Source of the DNA: an uncultured archaeon | GTDB lineage: Archaea > Asgardarchaeota > Thorarchaeia > Thorarchaeales > Thorarchaeaceae | Direction: 5' to 3' | NCBI GenBank assembly: GCA_964631415.1 | Contig: CAZVZC010000052.1 | Coordinates: 1-11,162, forward strand | DNA: 11,162 nt | Part shown: in pieces, positions 1 through 7,608 of the stretch | How positions within the stretch are numbered: the stretch's first letter is position 1 | Layout: each line of letters opens with the position of its first letter | The notes under the pieces: model-generated | Database searches by the model: none | The model's input: only the letters and a program-made list of their open reading frames with translations | Told to the model about the DNA's origin: nothing | Translations under genes and position numbers: made by a program

Positions 1-1
1 C

Positions 2-586
2 TCGTCGGTTTCTCAGATGGGGTATGTACTGTTTGCGCTAGGAGTGTTCACAACATTCGGCGTGTCAGGTGGGCTCTTCCATCTGATCAACCATGCATTC
101 TCCAAGGGTCTACTCTTCATGACGGCTGGTGTGGTGATACACCAGACAGAGCTCAGAGACATAACAAAGATGGGCGGCCTGTCCAACAAGATGCCAATCA
201 CTGCGTTCACTGCTGCGATAGGGGCGTTGAGCATAGCTGGAAGCCCTCCTCTTTCGGGATTCGCTAGTGAATGGATGATGTTTCTGGGTGGCTTCCAAGC
301 AGCCCTCCCTAGTGGAGCCGGTCTGGGTCGGCCCGAGTTCGCCGTCCTAGCTCTCTTGGCCGTCGCAAGCACAATCATCAGTGCAGGATACATGCTGAGG
401 TTCCTCTGGAAGGTCTTCTTGGGACCCACTCCTCAGGCCTTGGAAGAAGTCACCGAGGGGCCGAGGTCCATGACATACCCAATGATAGCACTCGGTGCGC
501 TGATTGTGCTGTTTGGTGTGTTTCCTGGGCTCGCCCTGACAGTCATCACGCCCATTGTCGAGGCCATCGCCAACATAATACCATGA
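2..586 (+). CDS. Antiporter-like proton-pumping subunit, NuoM-like/MrpD-type (5'-partial; extra, fourth pump subunit of the operon)
   Basis: The frame is open to the window edge (tcg tcg gtt tct cag atg = SSVSQMGY, the conserved [AY]SSxSQMGY motif). It also has NHAFSKGLLFMTAG, MGGLSNKMP and AGSPPLSGFASEW (TM12 Glu, as in NuoM). It ends after ...LFGVFP with no lateral helix, so it is not NuoL. Confidence 0.88.
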   Translation, partial: SSVSQMGYVLFALGVFTTFGVSGGLFHLINHAFSKGLLFMTAGVVIHQTELRDITKMGGLSNKMPITAFTAAIGALSIAGSPPLSGFASEWMMFLGGFQAALPSGAGLGRPEFAVLALLAVASTIISAGYMLRFLWKVFLGPTPQALEEVTEGPRSMTYPMIALGALIVLFGVFPGLALTVITPIVEAIANIIP

Positions 587-591
587 GGTGA
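585..591 (+). promoter_or_regulatory. Ribosome-binding site GAGGTGA for nuoL
   Basis: GAGGTGA ends 4 nt before ATG 596 and overlaps the upstream stop codon. Confidence 0.75.
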
Positions 592-595
592 CAAC

Positions 596-2827
596 ATGCT
601 GCTTGGACTACCCTACTATCTCATTGTCGTCATCCCACTGGTCGGTTCTCTCATTGTGCCGCTGGTCGGACGCTTCAACGAGAAGTTGCGGGACTGGACA
701 CCGGCCCTGTTCATGGGTGTAACGATGGTCCTCTGCTGGTCACTTCTGCTGGACCTTGGGAGCCCTCAGGGTCCCACGAGTTGGGTCTGGATTGAAACAC
801 TAGGTCTGCGTTTCGAAGTGCTGCTGGATCCTCTATCGGTCATCATGGCAGTCCTGTCCAGCACATTGTGTTTCCTAATCTACGTTTACAGCACTGAGTA
901 CATGGCTCACGAGGGTGACCGTGACAGGTTCTTCTTCCTGATGCTCGCGTTTGGAGGCGGCATGCTCACACTGGTCATCAGCAACAATCTGCTGATTGCT
1001 TTCATTGGATGGGAGATAATGGGCTTCTGTTCCTACGGCCTCATCGGCTTCTGGAACGACAGGAAGAATCCCCCTGAGAAGGAGCTGGATGGCAGCGAAT
1101 CCAGCAATCCCCTGCTTCAATTTGAAACGGAGGGTCAGTACAACACTCATTGCGGGACCAAGGCATTCATTGTCACAAGAGTCGGGGACGCTTTCATGCT
1201 GGGTGGAATCCTTCTGCTGTTCATGTTCACGGGTACCTTCTCCTTCTCCGAGATGGCGCAGAACGCTCAGAACTGGTGGCAGATTATGGCATCTGTGGGA
1301 TTGCTTGTCCCAACTCTTCTGTTAATCTTCATGGGGGCCATTGGCAAGTCCGGGCAGGTCCCACTTGACGTGTGGCTCCCTGAGGCGATGGCTGGACCCA
1401 CTCCGGTTTCTGCTCTCATCCACGCAGCAACGATGGTCAAAGCTGGTGTCTACATAAGTGCGAGATTCCTTGTCACTATGGCCGGCGCGGCGAGCACGGA
1501 TAACAGCGGGACTGGATGGATGCCGCTGCAACACACAGGACTCGAATTGGCCGCGCAGTTCTTCACAGTCGTCGCAGTCATCGGAGCGATTACGGCGCTT
1601 TTGACTGCCACTATGGGGATGGTTTCGAACGAGCTCAAGCAGGTTCTAGCTTTCTCTACGTTGAGTCAACTGGGCTACATGATGCTGGCCATAGGAACGG
1701 GCGGTCTTCTTGTCGAGTATGAGCCCGCGTACCTGAGCGGAATCCTACATGTGGTGAGTCACGGTGCTTTCAAGGCACTGCTCTTCTTGGCCGCAGGCGG
1801 TGTCATCCATGCCCTGCATACGAAATACATGAGCAAGATGGGCGGTCTCAAGAAGTACATGCCGAAAACGTTCATTGTGATGTGGATTGGAGTGCTCGCG
1901 CTGTCAGGCATACCTCCATTTTCGGGCTTCTGGTCAAAAGACTCCATCATTGAGTATTCGTATGAGCTGGCAATGCATCAGCCGCTAGGGGTCTTTCTCT
2001 TTGCTCTGGCCGTTCTCGCTGCAGCATGCACGATCTTCTACAGCTTGAGGCTCATGGGTATGACCTTCTATGGTCCCTATGGTGCCCAACATGTAGCTGA
2101 ACACAGTGAGCCTGCCGAGTCCTTAACCAGTGAACAGTCCGAGTCTGCTCATGATGAGGAGCATGAACACGAACACCCGCATGACCCCGGTCCTGCGATG
2201 ATGGTTCCTCTGTACATCTTAGCAGCCTTCACAGTGATAGCATTCGCAGTGTTCCCGCTGATTGAAGCAATCATTCTGAGCGAGGGTGGATTGAGTTTCG
2301 CGCTATGGGCCGAAACCCTTACTGAGATGGTCTTGGTCAAGATCACACTGCCCGGCGTCATTCCGTTCGCATTCACTTTGGGCGCTCTCGCCCTAGGTGG
2401 GATTCCGGGGTATGTGCTCTATATCAAGAGGGCAGATCGATCAAGGACTGCAGTCCCCGAAACTGGAGTCAGGAGGCGGCTGTACAGCTTCCTGAAGCAT
2501 CGGTGGTACATCAACGAATTCTACTACTGGATTGTTCGTAAGTTCATGAACTCTACAGAGTGGTGGCGCGTACGGGTGGACAACCGCATCATCGATGGGA
2601 TCGACTTCGGGTCCGCCCGGGCAGCTCTGTCAATGTCTTCGCGTGTAAGATGGTTTGATGACCATGTCATCGATGGTTTTGCTGAGAACGTGTCAACTGT
2701 CAGCGTGGCCGCATCTGAGTCGAGCCAAGCGATTCAGACAGGTCGGGTCAATGACTATGTGGCCGTCATCATCTTCGGAATAGGGATCCTGGTTATACTG
2801 ACCTTGGTGAGTTTGGGGGTGATATGA
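596..2827 (+). CDS. nuoL: NADH-quinone oxidoreductase / Fpo-like subunit L (743 aa) with extended lateral helix
   Basis: Motifs LDPLS, GWEIMG, KAFIVTRVGD, GKSGQVPLDVWLPEAMAGPTPVSALIHAATMVKAG, AFSTLSQLGYM, HGAFKALLFL, GFWSKD. The C-terminal lateral helix RWYINEFY...IDG...QTG is followed by one final TM and has no MrpB-like extension. Confidence 0.95.
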   Translation: MLLGLPYYLIVVIPLVGSLIVPLVGRFNEKLRDWTPALFMGVTMVLCWSLLLDLGSPQGPTSWVWIETLGLRFEVLLDPLSVIMAVLSSTLCFLIYVYSTEYMAHEGDRDRFFFLMLAFGGGMLTLVISNNLLIAFIGWEIMGFCSYGLIGFWNDRKNPPEKELDGSESSNPLLQFETEGQYNTHCGTKAFIVTRVGDAFMLGGILLLFMFTGTFSFSEMAQNAQNWWQIMASVGLLVPTLLLIFMGAIGKSGQVPLDVWLPEAMAGPTPVSALIHAATMVKAGVYISARFLVTMAGAASTDNSGTGWMPLQHTGLELAAQFFTVVAVIGAITALLTATMGMVSNELKQVLAFSTLSQLGYMMLAIGTGGLLVEYEPAYLSGILHVVSHGAFKALLFLAAGGVIHALHTKYMSKMGGLKKYMPKTFIVMWIGVLALSGIPPFSGFWSKDSIIEYSYELAMHQPLGVFLFALAVLAAACTIFYSLRLMGMTFYGPYGAQHVAEHSEPAESLTSEQSESAHDEEHEHEHPHDPGPAMMVPLYILAAFTVIAFAVFPLIEAIILSEGGLSFALWAETLTEMVLVKITLPGVIPFAFTLGALALGGIPGYVLYIKRADRSRTAVPETGVRRRLYSFLKHRWYINEFYYWIVRKFMNSTEWWRVRVDNRIIDGIDFGSARAALSMSSRVRWFDDHVIDGFAENVSTVSVAASESSQAIQTGRVNDYVAVIIFGIGILVILTLVSLGVI
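2579..2734 (+). repeat. Tandem 26-codon repeat in the NuoL amphipathic helix (two units, 2579-2656 and 2657-2734)
   Basis: DNRIIDG (codon 2579) and DDHVIDG (codon 2657) are 78 nt apart. The 10-mer TCATCGATGG recurs at 2589 and 2667. QTG follows exactly 26 codons after the second D. Confidence 0.8.
2815..2822 (+). promoter_or_regulatory. Ribosome-binding site GGGGGTGA for nuoM
   Basis: Ends 5 nt before GTG 2828, which directly follows the nuoL TGA (2825-2827). Confidence 0.65.
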
Positions 2828-4345
2828 GTGCAGTTCCCTATTGCGCAACAGTTCATTGACGGTCTTCCGCTTGGCATCCTGCCTCTGATGCTGGCTATCG
2901 TGCTCGGTTCTTCCGTGGTGGCGTACATCCTTGGAAAGCGAGCTGCACGAGCAGTATCCATCTTGGTCACAGCTATTGAGCTCGGGCTCTCGATTGTTCT
3001 GGCACTAGCCATTGACCCAAGCATTGAGATTTCGGATCCCAATGCCGGGATGACGTACATGTGGCAGTTCACGATGGGACGAATCACCGTGGACGAAACC
3101 GAAACCGTTCTGCAGATCCTCCTCGGTGTTGACGGCATCTCAGTCGTGATGGTTGTTCTATCCAACCTCGTTGTGTTCATTGCCGCACTGTGCTCGAATC
3201 ACATTCACAAGTCAGAGAGTCTATACTATGCGATCCTGCTACTTCTTCAGGCAGGACTCATCGGTGTCTTCGTTTCGGTCGACCTCATCGGCTTCTTCGT
3301 GTTCTGGGAGTCTGTCTTGATTCCCATGTTTTTCATCATTGGCCGGTGGGGCGAAGAAGGATGCCAGCATGCAGCCGTCAAGTTCCTCATTTACACTCAG
3401 CTAGGATCCGCAATCTTGCTGATCGGCATCTTCATACTGTATTTTGCCTCCGCACCGCACACATTCAACATGCTGGCTTTGCGGAGCGCTGGACTGCCCG
3501 TCAATGCTCAAATCGCCTTTGCTCTCACGGTCTTCGTGGGTGCAGGTGTCAAGCTACCCGTGTGGCCGTTGCACAACTGGCTCCCGTGGGCTCACGTTAA
3601 GGCACCCACGCCCGGGTCTGTCATCCTAGCAGGTATCCTCCTGAAGATGGGCGGCTACGGTTTCTTGCGGCTGGGTGTGTGGATGATCCCCGAAGGGTTT
3701 GCCCGGATTAGCATCCCCTTAGCTGCCCTCGCGGTTTTCACATGCATCTACGCTGCGCTGACTGCAATGGCTCAGACAGACCTCAAGAGCATGGTGGCCT
3801 ACACGTCGATCAATCACATGGCTTGGATTCTGCTGGCCGTCGCAGTTGGGACAAGTGTCGCGCTGCAAGGAGCGGTCTTCATGATGTTCTCGCACGGTGT
3901 GATAATATCTGTCATGTTCATTGTTGCGGGTCAGCTGAAGTACTCGGCGGGATCCAGAGAGATTCCGATGGTGCGAGGTCTCATGGCTGGTGCCCCCAGA
4001 TTGTCATCCGTGCTCATACTGGCATCTCTGGCAACGTTCGGTCTTCCGGGTTTCAGCGGTTTCATAGCTGAGGTACTGATTCTCTTTGGCTCGGTCAGAG
4101 TCTACATCTGGACTGCACTCATCACATTTGGTGTCTTCATCACGGTCGGCTATCTCCTATGGACACTCAACAGAATCGTGTTCAGTGACCCTGACCCCGA
4201 GAAGAAGGTCAGTGAAGCCCCATGGAGTGATCTTGTGGCTCCAGTCCTGATGCTTGTTCCTGTGGTATTGCTGGGCCTCTTGCCTGATCTGATCCTCAGC
4301 CTTGTGAAGCCGGTTGCCCTGTTCATAGTGGGAGGTGGTCCGTGA
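2828..4345 (+). CDS. nuoM: NADH-quinone oxidoreductase / Fpo-like subunit M (505 aa), canonical type
   Basis: Motifs LGVDGIS, DLIGFFVFWESVLIPMFFIIGRWG, VKLPVWPLHNWLPWAHVKAPTPGSVILAGILLKMGGYG, AYTSINHM, FSHG and GLPGFSGFIAE. All the conserved charged residues I can recognise are present. Confidence 0.95.
   Translation: MQFPIAQQFIDGLPLGILPLMLAIVLGSSVVAYILGKRAARAVSILVTAIELGLSIVLALAIDPSIEISDPNAGMTYMWQFTMGRITVDETETVLQILLGVDGISVVMVVLSNLVVFIAALCSNHIHKSESLYYAILLLLQAGLIGVFVSVDLIGFFVFWESVLIPMFFIIGRWGEEGCQHAAVKFLIYTQLGSAILLIGIFILYFASAPHTFNMLALRSAGLPVNAQIAFALTVFVGAGVKLPVWPLHNWLPWAHVKAPTPGSVILAGILLKMGGYGFLRLGVWMIPEGFARISIPLAALAVFTCIYAALTAMAQTDLKSMVAYTSINHMAWILLAVAVGTSVALQGAVFMMFSHGVIISVMFIVAGQLKYSAGSREIPMVRGLMAGAPRLSSVLILASLATFGLPGFSGFIAEVLILFGSVRVYIWTALITFGVFITVGYLLWTLNRIVFSDPDPEKKVSEAPWSDLVAPVLMLVPVVLLGLLPDLILSLVKPVALFIVGGGP
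4331..4337 (+). promoter_or_regulatory. Ribosome-binding site GGAGGTG for nuoN
   Basis: Precedes GTG 4342, which overlaps the nuoM stop (GTGA). An alternative ATG lies at 4348. Confidence 0.7.
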
Positions 4346-5847
4346 AGATGCTGCAGTTGGCTCCTTTCGCCGAATTCATCAGAATGCTCTTCAAGCCCCT
4401 TACAGACCTGCTCATGCAGTATGTACCTCTGGAGTGGGTAGGGTCTCTCCCTGCACTCACTCTCGTCGTTTTCTCGGTCCTCGCGCTAATCATTGGGATG
4501 CGCTACAATCCATTGTTGGTCAGCTTTGTGGGGGTGACCATTGCGACGGTCGAGATGATCGTCATCGACCCCACATCATCCTTCGGCGGTCTGTTCGTGA
4601 GAAACGCGTTCTCGGACTTCTTCATCTACATAATTCTCATAGTCGGCTTTCTCGTGCTGATGTCTTCCACACTGTGGGCTGGCGAGCGCGGAACGTACAA
4701 CTTCCTTCTACTGGTATCCTTCGCTGGTGCCATATGGGTCGTCATGGCAACCGACCTTGTCGCGCTGTTCATCTCTTGGGAAGTGATGTCCACTCCAACC
4801 TATGTACTTGCAGCGCTCGGTCCCAACCGCGGTGCTGTGGATGGTGCGACGAAGTACTTCGTCATGGGACTACTTGCCACCATGTTGATGATATTTGGGA
4901 TTGCTCTGGTCTATGGTGTGACAGGCGAAACCGACCTCTCCGCGGTGGCCACGGTTGTCGAGTCTGTCTGGGTTTCGGGGCCCAGTGCGTCGCCTGCGGC
5001 CTACACTCTCATGCTGGCAATGATCCTGTTCGTGTTCTCCTTTGGCTTCAAGGTTGGCATATTTCCCGGATGGATGTGGGTCCCTGACACCTACTCAACG
5101 GCCGATGGGAGCGTCACCTCCTATCTGGCTGGTGCCACAAAGAAGGCTGGAGTCAGTGCGCTCATACGGATCCTCATGGTCGCATTCATAGTGGCCAGGC
5201 TGGAGTGGGGTTTTCTGATCGCCATTGTTTCAGCCCTGACCATGTTGATAGGAAACGTGCTGGCGCTAGCTCAGCGGAACATCATGCGTATGCTGGCTTA
5301 CTCAAGCATAGCCATGATGGGGTATCTGCTGATGGGAATCGCTGCTGGTACACAGTTCGGAGCGGCTGCAGCGATGTTCCATGCATTCACTCATGCTCTC
5401 ATGAAGTCTGCAGCCTTCATTCTGATATGGGCCATTTCAGTCCGAATGGCCAAGGAAATCACATATGACGATTTAGCAGGACTGAGTCAGAGGGCGCCAT
5501 TCGCATCGGCGATGTTGGGTATACTCGTCACGGCCCTGATGGCAGTGCCTATTCCTCCGACCGTGACATTCTGGTCCAAATTGTTCCTCTTTCAGAGCGC
5601 ATGGGACGTCGGACTGTGGTGGCTTGTCCTCTTCGGGCTCATGAACACGGTTCTCTCATGGGGGTACTATGTCAGAGTCTTGAAGTACTGCTACATGGTC
5701 GAGCCGAAGGATACCACGAAGCTGGTTCTCGCAAGGACTCCCATGCTTGCTGTGGCACTCTGTGTGGCTTCCATAATGTTGCTCTTCTTCAACTCGGATG
5801 TCATATTCCAATATGCGTTCGAGGCGGCCACGGGGATCATCCCATGA
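4342..5847 (+). CDS. nuoN: NADH-quinone oxidoreductase / Fpo-like subunit N (501 aa)
   Basis: Motifs DLVALFISWEVMSTPTYVLA, GATKYFVMG, FKVGIFPGWMWVPDTY, TKKAG, MRMLAYSSIAMMGY, PPTVTFWSK and GYYVRV. The exact start is uncertain (4342, 4348 or later). Confidence 0.93.
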   Translation: MKMLQLAPFAEFIRMLFKPLTDLLMQYVPLEWVGSLPALTLVVFSVLALIIGMRYNPLLVSFVGVTIATVEMIVIDPTSSFGGLFVRNAFSDFFIYIILIVGFLVLMSSTLWAGERGTYNFLLLVSFAGAIWVVMATDLVALFISWEVMSTPTYVLAALGPNRGAVDGATKYFVMGLLATMLMIFGIALVYGVTGETDLSAVATVVESVWVSGPSASPAAYTLMLAMILFVFSFGFKVGIFPGWMWVPDTYSTADGSVTSYLAGATKKAGVSALIRILMVAFIVARLEWGFLIAIVSALTMLIGNVLALAQRNIMRMLAYSSIAMMGYLLMGIAAGTQFGAAAAMFHAFTHALMKSAAFILIWAISVRMAKEITYDDLAGLSQRAPFASAMLGILVTALMAVPIPPTVTFWSKLFLFQSAWDVGLWWLVLFGLMNTVLSWGYYVRVLKYCYMVEPKDTTKLVLARTPMLAVALCVASIMLLFFNSDVIFQYAFEAATGIIP

Positions 5848-5889
5848 TTCTTTCTCACGTATCCGGGCATGTCAGCTACGACACCCCGG
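5848..5889 (+). terminator. Possible operon terminator: T-rich tract plus imperfect hairpin
   Basis: TTCTTTCT directly follows the nuoN stop. CCGGG..TGTC (5863-5873) can pair with GACA.CCCGG (5880-5889). Confidence 0.3.
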
Positions 5890-6254
5890 CATTTATGAAA
5901 TCAGTTGGGAGCAGGGTTGAAAGGCAATCACGGTACTCAGCGATGACACACCGCTTTAATGAAACCTGAACTAGGGCAAACCACGAATCAACGAGGTCCT
6001 GCGCTTCGACCGAGTTTGAACCATGCTACATGTAGGATTGAAACTCCATGACATCACGAAAACGACATCAGAGAGCAATCTACGGGGTGGCCGTTTGTTG
6101 AGGTAAAGCCCGGTGTGATGTCAGACTTTCAGAGTTTGATCCCTCAATCGCAGTCTTCTTCTCAGGGTCGGCTGTATCTGGTAGATCTGACCTTTCCCTC
6201 ATGGTCATCGGTCTATTTGCGCCCTTGTGGATTCGGGCTTTTGCGGAACTCATC

Positions 6255-6262
6255 TTTATAAG
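6255..6262 (+). promoter_or_regulatory. Archaeal TATA-box candidate TTTATAAG upstream of the protease gene
   Basis: Fits the TTTA(T/A)A consensus, lies in an intergenic region about 70 nt before ATG 6332, and is near-palindromic (CTTATAAAG on the minus strand). Confidence 0.45.
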
Positions 6263-6331
6263 CGCATAGTTGTATGTGTATACAAATCGCTCCTTAACTC
6301 AGGAATGCGCACACTAAGTGAGGGCTGAAGC

Positions 6332-7603
6332 ATGAGGACATATGGACCGGGAGTATGCTTTCTGCTGGTGTGTCTACTTGTACCGATGAGTGCGTGCGGT
6401 GTAGGTTTTGCGGCTGCTGCAGATGAATCCACACGCGCCATCGTTGAGATCCAAGGTCATAGAATCGACTCTGTGACAATGACATGTGCCAACGATGTGA
6501 CAGGCGAAGTCACTCTCAAACCAACGGCCGAGCACACTCTGGATGTCAGTGTAGTATTTCAGACCAGTAGCGGGATTGCTGAGAAGCATGTTTGTGGTGT
6601 ATCGCCAATAAGGGAAACCACCAAGTCCGACGAAGGTCTTGAATTCGTCAAGATTGATGTGAGCTCATACCGAGACGGGTTATTCGTTGACATCCGGCTG
6701 CTTGCGAACGGATCGGCCATGGTTTATGTCGCTGCTGACATCGATGATACTCAATACTCTGCGCTTGGTCTTCTCAGTAGGCCATTGACTGTGCCTGCTG
6801 TAGAAACCAGACTGGAGGATGTCAAAGATGCCTTGGCCATCAGGCTCCTCAAAGAGGAACGTGTTCCGTCAACGTCAGCAGTGGTGATTTACAATGACAG
6901 ACAGAAACCATTACCGAATGGCCCCAGCTGTTATGACCCACTATACGTGCCGAGCGGTCCTAGGGTGTACTGCTTAGTGCATGAAGTGTTCTTTGACGAT
7001 AACAACAGCGTACCAGAGCAAGTTGGCGCTTGGTGTGTTAGCTACAGCTGGGTGGACTACTCTGTCTACCGCGAAGATGTGTCAGAGGCCCAGATAAAGA
7101 GCGACCTCCAGTTCTACAACAAAAAGCACTACACGATTGACACACGATCAAGGATAGTGGGTGCCTATGAGATTGACATACACGGTGATGTTGATACAGA
7201 TGAACCAGATCGCCCTCTTATGACATTTGACGGCGGCTGGCTCTATCCGTCAGAGGTCGAGAGCCTGTGGGGGCCCTATTCCCAAGACTACTACATCAGG
7301 CCGGACAATACAATAATGCTCGCATCAGCCTGTCAGAGCCTCTGGAACTCCGGTGAAACGAGCGGTTCTGAGATGGGCGATGTGTTCATCAACTACGGCG
7401 CAACAGCATACGTTGGTTCAACTGTGAATCTGCCAATAGTCATGGATGACTGGACCGAGGAGTTCTGGTGGTCGTTGAGCTATCAGGACCAGACGATCTC
7501 TGATGCCATATCAGACGCGAACCTAGCAATGGGGTGGGCACGGACGTCAACGTACATCCAGGTATACCTTTCAAGCTATGGCACTAGGAGGCTACCCAAC
7601 TGA
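6332..7603 (+). CDS. Secreted protein with C-terminal caspase-hemoglobinase-fold (clan CD; CHAT/C25-like) cysteine peptidase domain (423 aa)
   Basis: Hydrophobic N-terminal signal ending ...GFAAAA. EIDIHGD gives His284-Gly285 and IMLASACQS gives Cys334. These are followed by MGDVFINYGATAYVGS and WTEEFWWSL...TISDAISDAN, the typical post-catalytic pattern of CHAT/gingipain-like domains. Confidence 0.78.
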   Translation: MRTYGPGVCFLLVCLLVPMSACGVGFAAAADESTRAIVEIQGHRIDSVTMTCANDVTGEVTLKPTAEHTLDVSVVFQTSSGIAEKHVCGVSPIRETTKSDEGLEFVKIDVSSYRDGLFVDIRLLANGSAMVYVAADIDDTQYSALGLLSRPLTVPAVETRLEDVKDALAIRLLKEERVPSTSAVVIYNDRQKPLPNGPSCYDPLYVPSGPRVYCLVHEVFFDDNNSVPEQVGAWCVSYSWVDYSVYREDVSEAQIKSDLQFYNKKHYTIDTRSRIVGAYEIDIHGDVDTDEPDRPLMTFDGGWLYPSEVESLWGPYSQDYYIRPDNTIMLASACQSLWNSGETSGSEMGDVFINYGATAYVGSTVNLPIVMDDWTEEFWWSLSYQDQTISDAISDANLAMGWARTSTYIQVYLSSYGTRRLPN

Positions 7604-7608
7604 AGACG

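Noticed and set aside
4335-5087. 250-aa alternative-frame ORF, and the other overlapping or antisense ORFs within 13-5969
   Set aside because: Shadow frames of the conserved hydrophobic nuo genes; Arg/His/Cys-rich composition with no recognisable motifs.
596-5847. Interpretation as an Mrp Na+/H+ antiporter operon
   Set aside because: The L subunit ends after QTG plus one TM with no MrpB-like domain, M and N carry canonical Nuo motifs, and no mrpE/F/G follow.
6131-6142. AGAGTTTGATCC, identical to the first 12 nt of the bacterial 16S 27F primer site
   Set aside because: The match stops at 12 nt and the flanks are not rRNA-like; chance.
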